64,000 nucleotides of DNA from Trueperaceae bacterium (GTDB lineage Bacteria > Deinococcota > Deinococci > Deinococcales > Trueperaceae), in the NCBI GenBank assembly GCA_034520945.1, contig JAXHNB010000005.1, forward strand, positions 128,001 to 192,000, written 5' to 3'. The notes under the pieces were generated by a model. It ran no database searches. It was not told the DNA's origin and worked only from the letters and a program-made list of their open reading frames with translations. Below, piece after piece: positions 31,687-40,793 of the stretch; the stretch's first letter is position 1, and each line of letters opens with the position of its first letter. A program made the position numbers and the translations under genes.

Positions 31687-31735
31687 ACGCGACAGCTTAC
31701 GGCACGGGCCCCGGCGAGTCGGTAGAGTCGCCTCC

Positions 31736-32203
31736 ATGCCGACGCTCCAGGAAGGTGACCGTGCCCCCGACTTCGAGCTTTCCGCGGACGAGGGACGGAT
31801 CTCATTGCGCGACCTCGGGGGCGCGTGGGTGGTGCTGTACTTCTATCCGCGCGACTTCACCGGCGGGTGCACGCAGGAGGCGTGCGATTTTCGAGATGCC
31901 CTGGCGGCCGACCACATCGACGCCACCGTCCTCGGCGTGTCTCCCGACGACGTGGACAGCCACCGGTCGTTCCGCGAGGCGCACGGCCTGTCGTTTCCCC
32001 TCCTGGCCGACGAGGATCACGCCGTGGCGAAGGCGTATGGCGTGTACGGCGAGAAGGTTCGTGACGGCCAGACGCGGATGGGCATCATCCGCTCGACCTT
32101 CGTCATCGACCCAGATGGCGTCGTTCGTAAGGCGTTCTACGGCGTGGAGGCCGGCGGGCACGCCGCCGACGTCGCCGAGGCGCTGCGCGTGCTGAGGAGC
32201 TGA
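31736..32203 (+). CDS. bcp: Peroxiredoxin Bcp/PrxQ
   Basis: LYFYPRDFTGGCTQEACDFRD, GIIRSTFVID. Confidence 0.93.
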   Translation: MPTLQEGDRAPDFELSADEGRISLRDLGGAWVVLYFYPRDFTGGCTQEACDFRDALAADHIDATVLGVSPDDVDSHRSFREAHGLSFPLLADEDHAVAKAYGVYGEKVRDGQTRMGIIRSTFVIDPDGVVRKAFYGVEAGGHAADVAEALRVLRS

Positions 32204-32236
32204 CGCGCGCACGCGACGGGGCCGCTCGCATTGGTT

Positions 32237-33421
32237 CTAGACGTTGACGAGGAGGGCGGTGGCGTACATCACAACCAGGCCCGTTGCGAACCCTGCCAGG
32301 CTGGTGGTGGAGAGCCAGGCGCCCTCGCCGCCGTGCTCACGGGCGGTGCGTGCCAGGTAGGTTCCGACCTCGACGATGACCTGGAGGATGGCGCCCGCGC
32401 CGACGGCCAGGAACAGCGCGGCCCAGTGGGGGGCGTACGCGAACGCGCCCGTCCAGGTTCCCACCACCGCCGGCAGCCCCGCCAACGCGGCCAGGCCCAC
32501 GAAGGTGAGCAGCGGTGGCCGGCGCTTCACCAGCGGCGAGGCGAGTGCGATTCCTTCGGTGATGTTGTGCAGCGTGAAGCCGACCACCAAGAAGGAACCG
32601 AGGGCGGCCGCGCCGGTGGCGAAGGCCGCGCCGATCGCGAGGCCCTCGCCGAGGTTGTGGAGGCCGATGCCCAGCGCGAGATAGCCGGCCAGCGCCACCC
32701 CCTCCGGCGCCCGCCCGCGGCGGCGTCCCAATGCGAGCAGCACCAGGAACGCCGTCACCGCAGCCAGCGACACCAGCGCGGTCCCTTGGAACGCGCCAGC
32801 GGCGCCCGCGGACAACTCGAAGCCCTCCTCCAACGTGTCGACCAGGAGAAACGCCAGCAAGCCGACGGTCAGCGCCAGCAGGAACTGCAGGCCGCGGCGC
32901 CCCAGCGTGCGCAGGTACGGAAAGAACAGCAACCCTAGCCCCACGGGCACGACCCCTACGTAGATCCCCAGCAGCGCGTACGCCAGGATGCGGCCCAGGG
33001 ATGCCTGGGGTGTGGGGACGGCGACCTCGATCTCGTGTTCGAAGGTGACGCCGGTGTCGGTCAGGAACGTGACGGTGTGGGCTTCGTCCTGCACCCAGGG
33101 GTAGGGGACGTGCACCCAGGCGGACTGCAAGCGTGCCAGCTCCCCGGCAGGCTCCTGCGTGTACGACCAGTAGGCGCCGTCGACCAGCACCTGCGCGATC
33201 TGGACGGGTTCAGAACCGTCGGCGCGGACCCGCAGCGAGATGCCACCTTCGTCGAGGACGGTACGTTCGACGGTGAGTTCTTCGATGGGCGGCGCCGACA
33301 CGCCCAGCGGGGCGAGCGGGTCGGTCGCCAGGAACCCCCAGATCAGGAGCGCGAGGATCGCCAGTGGGACGAGCGCCCACAGGATCGCGAAGCGCTGTCG
33401 TGCGTTCGGTGCCGCCCGCAT
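32237..33421 (-). CDS. ZIP-family metal transporter with N-terminal extracytoplasmic domain
   Basis: HNLGEG and HNITEG metal-site motifs, GAGAILQV. Confidence 0.88.
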   Translation of the reverse strand: MRAAPNARQRFAILWALVPLAILALLIWGFLATDPLAPLGVSAPPIEELTVERTVLDEGGISLRVRADGSEPVQIAQVLVDGAYWSYTQEPAGELARLQSAWVHVPYPWVQDEAHTVTFLTDTGVTFEHEIEVAVPTPQASLGRILAYALLGIYVGVVPVGLGLLFFPYLRTLGRRGLQFLLALTVGLLAFLLVDTLEEGFELSAGAAGAFQGTALVSLAAVTAFLVLLALGRRRGRAPEGVALAGYLALGIGLHNLGEGLAIGAAFATGAAALGSFLVVGFTLHNITEGIALASPLVKRRPPLLTFVGLAALAGLPAVVGTWTGAFAYAPHWAALFLAVGAGAILQVIVEVGTYLARTAREHGGEGAWLSTTSLAGFATGLVVMYATALLVNV

Positions 33422-33423
33422 CG

Positions 33424-34524
33424 CTACGCCACCACCTCGAAGAAGCTCATCCACCCGAGCTCCGCGAACTCGGACTGGTGGGCGTGGAACATGTAGAGGC
33501 CCGGTTCGAATCCGTCGAAGTCGAACTCGACGATGCCGCGTTGCGCCTGGCACTGCATGACGGTGTCGACCGTGCTCAGGGTCGGGGTGAGTGTGGTGCC
33601 GTGATCGTAGTAGTCGAAGAAGTTAGCGTGCAGGTGAAACGAGTTGATCGGGTCGAACTCGGTCAGGTTGCTCAGGTAGATGCGGACCGGCCGGTCCCGC
33701 TCGATGCGAATCGGCCGGTTCATGTAGGCATGGGCGATGGAGTTGGCGGCGTAGACCTCGTTCTCGTCGTCGAAGTTGGTGTCGAAACCGTTCATGACCA
33801 TGACCATCTCCTGCCAGCGGTCGTTTTCTGGGGTACCGAGCAGACGGCTGCGGGCGACGTCGGTCGCCTCCGGGTGGCGTTCGGGATCGGGGTCGACGAT
33901 GAACGCCCCGTACAACCCCTTGTGAATGTGGCGCTTCAACGGCGTGGCGTGGCAGTGGTACAGGTGCGAACCGAAGGGGAAGGCGTCGAACTCATAGGTG
34001 AACGAGTCGCCGGGGTGGATCATGCCGACCCCGACGCCGGGGACGCCGTCCATGCTGGCGGCATGAATGCCGTGGAAGTGGATGGTGTGGGCGTGGCTGC
34101 CTCCGTTCGTGAAGTGGACGCGCACGCGGTCGCCTTCCACCGCGCGCAGCGTCGGACCTGGAACGCGTCCCTGATACGTCCAGGCGGGGAAGAACAAGCC
34201 GGGTGCGATCTCGATCTCCTTGTCGATCGCGGTGATGTGGTACGTGCGCAGCGTGCGCCCGTCGTCGAGGGTCGACACCGTGCCCGAGTCCCAGTCGGTG
34301 AGGAGGTCGTGGGGATCGAAGCCGTTCCGGGCGTGGTCGACCTCGCCGACGGTCCGCATGCGGCCGTGGGCGCGCTCGCGGATCGGGTCGTCGCGTTCGG
34401 ATTGCGCCTCGTAGGGTTGGGCCGCGACGAAGGGCCGCGCCAATTGATGCAGGATGAAGCCGGCAGTTCCCGCGAGGCCGTTTCGCACGATCGCGCGTCG
34501 TACCGGGTCTGAGGGTCGTTTCAC
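33424..34524 (-). CDS. Tat-exported two-domain multicopper oxidase
   Basis: Twin-Arg PVRRAIV; HTIHFHG, YHCH..H..L, FHLH, FHAH; GTG start after AAGGGAGG. Confidence 0.88.
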   Translation of the reverse strand: MKRPSDPVRRAIVRNGLAGTAGFILHQLARPFVAAQPYEAQSERDDPIRERAHGRMRTVGEVDHARNGFDPHDLLTDWDSGTVSTLDDGRTLRTYHITAIDKEIEIAPGLFFPAWTYQGRVPGPTLRAVEGDRVRVHFTNGGSHAHTIHFHGIHAASMDGVPGVGVGMIHPGDSFTYEFDAFPFGSHLYHCHATPLKRHIHKGLYGAFIVDPDPERHPEATDVARSRLLGTPENDRWQEMVMVMNGFDTNFDDENEVYAANSIAHAYMNRPIRIERDRPVRIYLSNLTEFDPINSFHLHANFFDYYDHGTTLTPTLSTVDTVMQCQAQRGIVEFDFDGFEPGLYMFHAHQSEFAELGWMSFFEVVA

Positions 34525-34600
34525 GGGCGTGCCTCCCTTTGGCACCCGGAGCAGGAGATTTCGGTGTGCCTCGTCGCTTACGTAGCTTGCCCCGGCGCAG

Positions 34601-34618
34601 AAATTAGCCACACCTAAA
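34601..34618. promoter_or_regulatory. DtxR/MntR/SirR-type operator TTAG-N6-CTAA
   Basis: AAATTAGCCACACCTAAA, an AT-rich palindrome over the predicted transcription start of the MCO-ZIP operon. Confidence 0.7.
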
Positions 34619-34622
34619 CAAA

Positions 34623-34651
34623 AGTATAGGGAGGGGCGGACGTCATGTCAA
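34623..34651 (-). promoter_or_regulatory. Sigma70 promoter of MCO-ZIP operon
   Basis: TTGACA (34651-34646), 17 bp, TATACT (34628-34623). Confidence 0.85.
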
Positions 34652-34732
34652 TGGTGCCGCGGGGAGCACGCATCGGGGCGCCGCGCGAGCGGGCCAGCCG
34701 TCCCGTGGCGGTGCCACGGTAGGATGCACAGC

Positions 34733-35326
34733 GTGTCCCACCCCCGCCCCACGGACGCTGCGCGCGTCGTATTGGCCAGCGCCAGCCCGCGCCGGCGCGA
34801 GTTGCTCGCCTCCCTCGGCGTCACGTTCGAGGTCGTCCGCCCCGCCGTCGATGAACACCCGCTGGCCGGCGAGGGACCCGCCGAGCTGGCCGTGCGCCTG
34901 GCCCGCGCCAAGGCGGCCGGCGCGGCGGAGGAGGCGCCGGCCGCGCTGGTGATCGCGGCGGACACCGTCGTGGCGCTGGGCGACGAGCCCCTCGGCAAGC
35001 CGCGCGACGCTGAGGAGAACCGCACCTACCTGCGGCGCCTGGCCGGCGTCCGACACGTGGTGGTGACCGGGCACTGCCTGCGCTTGGGAGGCCGCGAGGA
35101 GACGGTGGCGGTCCGGACCGCGGTGACGATGCGCGTCCTGAGCGAGGCGGAGATCGAGCTCTACCTGGCCAGCGGCGACGGCCTCGACAAGGCCGGCGGG
35201 TACGCCATCCAGAACGACGGAGGCGCGCTGGTGGGACGGATCGAGGGGTGCTACACCAACGTCGTCGGCCTCAGCCTGCCGGCGGTGGTGGAGGTGGCCG
35301 CCCGCCTGGGGGTTCCCCTTGTCTAG
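34733..35326 (+). CDS. maf: Maf-family nucleotide pyrophosphatase
   Basis: LASASPRRRELL, ADTVV, LGKP, DKAGGYAIQ, NVVGL; GTG start 7 nt after TAGGAT. Confidence 0.93.
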   Translation: MSHPRPTDAARVVLASASPRRRELLASLGVTFEVVRPAVDEHPLAGEGPAELAVRLARAKAAGAAEEAPAALVIAADTVVALGDEPLGKPRDAEENRTYLRRLAGVRHVVVTGHCLRLGGREETVAVRTAVTMRVLSEAEIELYLASGDGLDKAGGYAIQNDGGALVGRIEGCYTNVVGLSLPAVVEVAARLGVPLV

Positions 35327-36101
35327 GTTCTTCCGGGCCTGGTACGCCTTCCTGGTGCTGGGCCTGCTGACGTTCGTCGGGACCGCGTTCATCGGGCAGG
35401 CGCCGACCGAGCTGGCCGCCACCGTGGCGCTGCCCCACCAGATCCCCTACCGCGCGGGCGTGTCGCTACGGACGGCGCTGGCGTCGATGGTGGACCGGCG
35501 GGAGCTGCGGAGCCGCAACGAGGCGCTCCGCGAGGAGCTGGCCGCCACCCGCGAGGAGCTGCGGTCGCTGGAGTTGGCGAACCAACGCCTGCGCGAGATC
35601 CTGGCCATCCAGAACGACCAGAGCCCCGGCGTGGTGCGTACCGCCCAGGTGATCGGCGGCAGCTCGGGCATCACCGTCGAACGGCTGACCCTGGGGGCCG
35701 GGTCGCGCGACGGGACCGAACGGAACATGCCGGTGACCGTGCCCGCCGGCCTGGTCGGGATCGTCACCGACGTGACGGCGCGCCGCGCCGTGGTGCGGAC
35801 GGTGCTCGACCCCGAGTCCCGCGTCGGCGTGACGGTGCGCGGCAAGGGCGGACAGGGCGTCGCGGTCGGCGAGATCGGCGGCCGGGTGCAGGTCGTCCGG
35901 TTCACGGAGAGCGAGCCGGTCGCGGTCGGCGACGTCGTCGAGACCAGCAGCTACGGCGGCCTGTTCCCGCGCGGCGTCCGTGTCGGCGTCGTGGAAGAGA
36001 TCGAGCCGCCGGACCCCAACGAGTTGCGGCGCAGCTTCAACGTTCGTCCCTCCGTCGACCTGTCGACGCTGCTGGAGGTGGCCTTGATCACCCCGCAGTG
36101 A
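35319..36101 (+). CDS. mreC: Rod shape-determining protein MreC
   Basis: TM plus coiled coil; GLVGIV, GDVVETS..GGLFPRGVRVG; maf-mreC synteny. Confidence 0.9.
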   Translation: MSRFFRAWYAFLVLGLLTFVGTAFIGQAPTELAATVALPHQIPYRAGVSLRTALASMVDRRELRSRNEALREELAATREELRSLELANQRLREILAIQNDQSPGVVRTAQVIGGSSGITVERLTLGAGSRDGTERNMPVTVPAGLVGIVTDVTARRAVVRTVLDPESRVGVTVRGKGGQGVAVGEIGGRVQVVRFTESEPVAVGDVVETSSYGGLFPRGVRVGVVEEIEPPDPNELRRSFNVRPSVDLSTLLEVALITPQ

Positions 36102-36139
36102 TCGCGGCCCCGTGCGTGGACGGGGCCCGGGCCCCCGCG

Positions 36140-38641
36140 CTACTTGACGACCAGGTTGACCAGCTTGCCCGGCACCACGATCTCGCGGACCAACGCGGCG
36201 TCCTCGAGGTAGCGCGTCACGTTCGGATCGGCCTTCGCCGCGGACAGCACCTCGGCCTCCTGGGCGTCGGCCGGCACGCGCACCTGGCCGCGCACCTTGC
36301 CGTTCACCTGGACCACCATGTCGATCTGCGTCCGGGCTAGCGCCTCCTCGTCCACCTCCGGCCAGGACGCGAGGTGGACGGAGCCGTCATGGCCGCTGCG
36401 GTGCCACAACTCCTCGGCGATGTGCGGCGCGATGGGGGCCAGCATGCGCAACAGCAGCGAGGTCGCCTCCCGCCAGGCGTCGTGCGCCACCAGCTCGCGC
36501 GTCTTCGCCTTCGACATCGCGTTCTGCAGCGTCATCAGCTCGGCGACGGCGGTGTTGAACCGGAACGCCTCCATGTCCTCGCTCACCTCGCGCACGGCGC
36601 GATGCGCGGCGCGACGCAGGTCGGCCACCCGCTCACTGCTGGCGTCGCCCGCCGCAGCGGGCTCCAGCACCAGCGCCCACACCCGGTGTAAGAAGCGCAC
36701 CACCCCCTCGATCCCCTGATAGCTCCACGGCCCGCCCTGGCTCCACGGGCCGATGAACATCAGGTAGGCCCGCACCGCGTCGGCGCCGTAGGTGGCCACC
36801 AGCTCGTCGGGATCGACGACGTTGCCGCGCCGCTTGGACATCTTCTCGCCGTCCTCGCCCAGGATCATGCCCTGGTTCCTCAGGCGCAGGAACGGCTCGC
36901 CGTGATCGACGAGGCCCAGGTCGCGGATCGCCTTGGTGAAGAAACGGGCGTACAGCAGGTGCAGAATGGCGTGCTCGATCCCACCGGTGTAGGTGTCCAC
37001 CGGCGTCCAGCGGCCGGCCAGATCGCGGTCGATCGGACCGTCCTCCTTGCCCGGCGCCAGGTAGCGGAACCAGTACCACGCCGAGTCCATGAAGGTGTCC
37101 ATGGTGTCCGTCTCGCGCCGGGCCGGCCCGCCGCACTGCGGGCAGGTGGCCGCCTGGAACGTCTCGTGATGCTTGAGCGGCGACTCGCCGGTCGGCATGA
37201 ACGCCACGTCCTCCGGCAGCAGCACCGGCAGGTTCTCTTCGCGCTCGGGCACGATGCCGCAGGCGTCGCAGTACAGCATCGGGATGGGGGTGCCCCAGTA
37301 GCGCTGGCGGCTGATCAGCCAGTCGCGCAGGCGGTAGGTGGTCTGGCCCCGGCCCAGGCCCTCGCGCTCGAGCCAGCGGATCACCTGTTCGATGCCGTCG
37401 CCCTCGCCGCCCTTGCCGGTGGGGGTGCCGCTCATTGGGCCGGAGTTCACCATCACGCCGTCCCCGGCGTACGCCTCGGTCATGGCGTCGCCGTCGACCG
37501 CCCCCTCGTCCTCCGGTCGCACGACGGGCACGATCTTCAGGCCGTGCGCGCGGGCGAAGGCGAAGTCGCGCTCGTCGTGCGCCGGCACGGCCATGATGGC
37601 GCCGCTGCCGTAGGTGACCAGCACGTAGTCGGCCACGTAGATCGGGATGCGCGCGTCGTTGACCGGGTTGATGGCGTAGGCGCCGGTGAACACGCCCGTC
37701 TTCTCACGCGTGTCGCTCTGACGGTCGATCTCGCTCATGCGGCCGGCCTGCGCGACGTACGCCTCGACCTGCGCGCGGCGGTCCGGGGCGGTGAGGCGGT
37801 CCACCAGCGGGTGTTCGGGCGCCAGCACCATGAACGTCGCGCCCCACAGCGTGTCCGGCCGGGTGGTGAACACGTCCAGGGCGTCCCCCGATTCCGTGCG
37901 GAAGGTCACCTCGGCCCCTTCGCTGCGGCCGATCCAGTTGGTCTGCATCGCCTTGACGCGCTCGGGCCAGTCGAGCCCTTCGAAGCTCAGCAGTTCGTCG
38001 GCGTAGGCGGTGATGCGGAAGTGCCACTGCGGCATGAGGCGGCGCTCCACCAGCGCGCCGCTGCGTTCGCCGCGCCCCTCGATCACCTGCTCGTTGGCCA
38101 GCACCGTCTGGTCGACCGGATCCCAGTTGACGTAGCTCTCCTTGCGGTAGGCCAGGCCCTTCTCGTACATCTTGACGAAGAACCACTGGTTCCAGCGGTA
38201 GTAGTCCGGCTCGCAGGTCGCGAGGGTGCGCGACCAGTCGAACATGGCGCCCATCTGCCGGAACTGCGTGGTCATGTACGTGATCCGCTCGCGGGTGAGG
38301 TGGGCGGGATGCACGTCACTGCCTTGCTGCGCCGCCTGGATGGCGGCGTTCTCGGCCGGAAGCCCGAAGGCGTCGAAGCCCATCGGAAAGAACACGTTCT
38401 TGCCGCGCATGCGCAGGTAGCGGGCGGCGGCGTCGGCCGGCGCCTCGGCGTACCAGTGACCCACGTGCAGGTTCCCCGAGGGGTAGGGGAACATGGTCAG
38501 GAAGTAGTGCTTCTCGCGCTGGGTGTCGTGAAGGTCGGCCCGGTACAGGCCGTGCTCTTCCCAGGTGCGTTGCCAGCGGGGCTCGATCTCCTGCGGGGCG
38601 TACGGCTCGGGGGGAGCGACCGTGCGGCTGCGGTCGGTCAT
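36140..38641 (-). CDS. leuS: Leucine--tRNA ligase
   Basis: MFPYPSGNLHVGH, FTTRPDT, KMSK. Confidence 0.97.
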   Translation of the reverse strand: MTDRSRTVAPPEPYAPQEIEPRWQRTWEEHGLYRADLHDTQREKHYFLTMFPYPSGNLHVGHWYAEAPADAAARYLRMRGKNVFFPMGFDAFGLPAENAAIQAAQQGSDVHPAHLTRERITYMTTQFRQMGAMFDWSRTLATCEPDYYRWNQWFFVKMYEKGLAYRKESYVNWDPVDQTVLANEQVIEGRGERSGALVERRLMPQWHFRITAYADELLSFEGLDWPERVKAMQTNWIGRSEGAEVTFRTESGDALDVFTTRPDTLWGATFMVLAPEHPLVDRLTAPDRRAQVEAYVAQAGRMSEIDRQSDTREKTGVFTGAYAINPVNDARIPIYVADYVLVTYGSGAIMAVPAHDERDFAFARAHGLKIVPVVRPEDEGAVDGDAMTEAYAGDGVMVNSGPMSGTPTGKGGEGDGIEQVIRWLEREGLGRGQTTYRLRDWLISRQRYWGTPIPMLYCDACGIVPEREENLPVLLPEDVAFMPTGESPLKHHETFQAATCPQCGGPARRETDTMDTFMDSAWYWFRYLAPGKEDGPIDRDLAGRWTPVDTYTGGIEHAILHLLYARFFTKAIRDLGLVDHGEPFLRLRNQGMILGEDGEKMSKRRGNVVDPDELVATYGADAVRAYLMFIGPWSQGGPWSYQGIEGVVRFLHRVWALVLEPAAAGDASSERVADLRRAAHRAVREVSEDMEAFRFNTAVAELMTLQNAMSKAKTRELVAHDAWREATSLLLRMLAPIAPHIAEELWHRSGHDGSVHLASWPEVDEEALARTQIDMVVQVNGKVRGQVRVPADAQEAEVLSAAKADPNVTRYLEDAALVREIVVPGKLVNLVVK

Positions 38642-38719
38642 GCGGGTCCTCCTAGCGCGCGGGGGTCGCGCGGCGCGTGCGGCGGGGCAGCGGAGACGGG
38701 GTGCGCGGGGGCGCGTGCC

Positions 38720-38748
38720 AAGAAACGACCCCGACGAAGGTCGGGGCG
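38720..38748 (-). terminator. Intrinsic terminator-like hairpin in leuS leader
   Basis: Minus strand CCCCGAC-CTTC-GTCGGGG followed by TCGTTTCTT. Confidence 0.7.
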
Positions 38749-38773
38749 CACGCGGGACACCGGCCGGCGAATC

Positions 38774-38824
38774 TCAGCGCAGGCGGGGTCCCGAACGGGG
38801 TAGTCGCCGCGTGCGAGGGTCCAT
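38774..38824 (-). CDS. Putative leuS leader peptide MDPRTRRLPRSGPRLR
   Basis: ATG 7 nt after the -10 box; Leu codons CTA (rare) and CTG; stop 25 nt before the terminator hairpin. Confidence 0.6.
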   Translation of the reverse strand: MDPRTRRLPRSGPRLR

Positions 38825-38831
38825 ACGGGCA

Positions 38832-38860
38832 ATCCTAGCGCCGGCCCCCAGGGGTGTCAA
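38832..38860 (-). promoter_or_regulatory. Sigma70 promoter of leuS
   Basis: TTGACA (38860-38855), 17 bp, TAGGAT (38837-38832). Confidence 0.85.
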
Positions 38861-39249
38861 CGCGCGGCCCCGTCCGCGGCGCCCGTGCCCGCACCGCCCG
38901 TCTGGTCGCGTGCGTCGAGCGCGTCCCCGATCGCCGAGATCAGCCGGTGCACGTAGATGAGCGACCGCGTGTCCGGCTCGCGTTCCAGCACGATCCAGCG
39001 GCGCGCCTCGAAGTACAGGCAGGCGCGCAAACGGTCCAGGTCGTGGCCGAGCCACGCCGGGAGCTCGCCCGTACGTTGGAAGGCTCCGAGGGCACGGTTC
39101 GCCATCTCGCCGCAGAGCCGCATGCCGAACGCTTCGTACCCGTCGAATCGGTACGCCAACGCGACGACCTCCTCGAACGGGGCGCGGGGGCCGGGCAGGT
39201 CCTCGCGGCGCAGGGCGTGGTGCGGAAGCGGTGCGGGGCGCTCGGCCAT
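38857..39249 (-). CDS. Hypothetical protein
   Basis: Globular-looking ORF (AYRFDGY...LRACLYFEARRW); TAGCAT-N7-ATG. Confidence 0.7.
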   Translation of the reverse strand: MAERPAPLPHHALRREDLPGPRAPFEEVVALAYRFDGYEAFGMRLCGEMANRALGAFQRTGELPAWLGHDLDRLRACLYFEARRWIVLEREPDTRSLIYVHRLISAIGDALDARDQTGGAGTGAADGAAR

Positions 39250-39370
39250 GCCGCCCATGCTACCGCCGGCGGACGCCGCCCCGGTCGTACCCTGGACGGG
39301 ACGTGGACGCGCGGCGGGTAGACTGGGGCGCGAACGCCAGGCAGGTCGCTCCTGCAGGGAAGGGACACAA

Positions 39371-40759
39371 GTGGACTACGAACTGATCATCATCGGCTCC
39401 GGTCCCGGCGGCTACCACGCGGCCATCCGTGCCGGCCAACTCGGGCTGCGGACCGCCGTGGTCGAGAAGGACGCGCTGGGCGGCGTGTGCCTGAACACCG
39501 GCTGCATCCCCACCAAGGCGCTGCTCCACGTGGCGCACGATCTTCGCGAGGCGGCCGCGGCGACGGCGTTCGGGATCGACTTCGGCACGCCCGACGTCGA
39601 CCTCGAACGGTTGGCGTCGTGGAAGGCCTCGGTCGTGAAGAAGATGACCGGCGGCGTCGGCCAACTGCTCAAGGGCAACAAGGTGGACGTGATCGAGGGC
39701 ACCGCGCGATTCGAAGGCCCGCACGAGCTCACCGTCGGGGACCGCACGGTGACGTTCGACAAGGCGATCGTGGCGACCGGATCGCGCTCCATCACCATCC
39801 CCGGCTTCGAACCGGACGGCGACGCCGTCGTCGACTCCACCGGCGCGCTGGACGTGCCGGAGATTCCCGGCCGCTTCATGGCGATCGGCGGCAGCGCCAT
39901 CGGCCTGGAGTTCGCCGACGTGTATCACGCCCTCGGCGCCGAGACCACCGTGGTCGAGATGATGGACGAGCTGGTCCCCACCGCCGACGCCGAGGTGGCC
40001 AAGGTGCTGCGCAAGAGCTTCGAGGCCCGCGGCGTCGATGTTCGCACCAGCAGCAAGGCCGTCCAGCAGGAACGGAAGGACGACGGCATCCACGTCACCA
40101 TCGAGGCTTCGGACGGTACGCGCGACACGGTCGTCGTCGACAAGCTCCTCGTGGCGATCGGGCGCCGGCCCAACGCCGAGGAGCTGGGCCTCGAGGAGAT
40201 CGGCGTGCGCCTCGATGACAAGGGCTACGTGCAGGTGAACGATCACATGCAAAGCACCCTCCCGCACGTGTACGCCATCGGCGACGTGGCCCGCCCGCCG
40301 CTGTTGGCCCACAAGGCCATGAAGGAGGGCCTGGTGGCCGCCGAGCACGCCGCGGGGCAGCCGGCCGCCTACGACACCCTGGTGCCGTCGGTGATCTACA
40401 CCGGTCCGGAGCTGGCCGCCGTCGGCATGACCGAAGCGGAGGCCGAAGAGGCCGGCTACCAGGTTCGGGTGGGGCGCTTCCCGCTGTCCGCGTCGGGCCG
40501 CGCCACCACGCTCGGCGTGAGCGAAGGGATCGTCAAGCTGGTCGGGGACGCCGAGACGGACGTGCTACTCGGGGCCCACATCGTCGGTCCCGGCGCAGGC
40601 GACCTGATCGCCGAAGCGGTCGTCGCGATGGAGATGGGCGCCACCCTCGAGGACGTCGCCCTCAGCCAGCACCCCCACCCGACGCTGTCCGAAGCGGTCA
40701 TGGAGGCGGCCGAGCACGCGCACGGCCGCGCCATCCACATCGCCAACAAGCGGCGCTGA
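39371..40759 (+). CDS. lpdA: Dihydrolipoyl dehydrogenase
   Basis: IGSGPGG, GGVCLNTGCIPTK, HPHPTLSE. Confidence 0.96.
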   Translation: MDYELIIIGSGPGGYHAAIRAGQLGLRTAVVEKDALGGVCLNTGCIPTKALLHVAHDLREAAAATAFGIDFGTPDVDLERLASWKASVVKKMTGGVGQLLKGNKVDVIEGTARFEGPHELTVGDRTVTFDKAIVATGSRSITIPGFEPDGDAVVDSTGALDVPEIPGRFMAIGGSAIGLEFADVYHALGAETTVVEMMDELVPTADAEVAKVLRKSFEARGVDVRTSSKAVQQERKDDGIHVTIEASDGTRDTVVVDKLLVAIGRRPNAEELGLEEIGVRLDDKGYVQVNDHMQSTLPHVYAIGDVARPPLLAHKAMKEGLVAAEHAAGQPAAYDTLVPSVIYTGPELAAVGMTEAEAEEAGYQVRVGRFPLSASGRATTLGVSEGIVKLVGDAETDVLLGAHIVGPGAGDLIAEAVVAMEMGATLEDVALSQHPHPTLSEAVMEAAEHAHGRAIHIANKRR

Positions 40760-40793
40760 CGCCCCGTCGGGCGGCGTGCGCAGCGGCCTGCGC

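Noticed and set aside
38642..38830. T-box riboswitch before leuS
   Set aside because: No GGTGGNACCGCG T-box or stem-I motifs are visible; a leader peptide plus terminator fits better.
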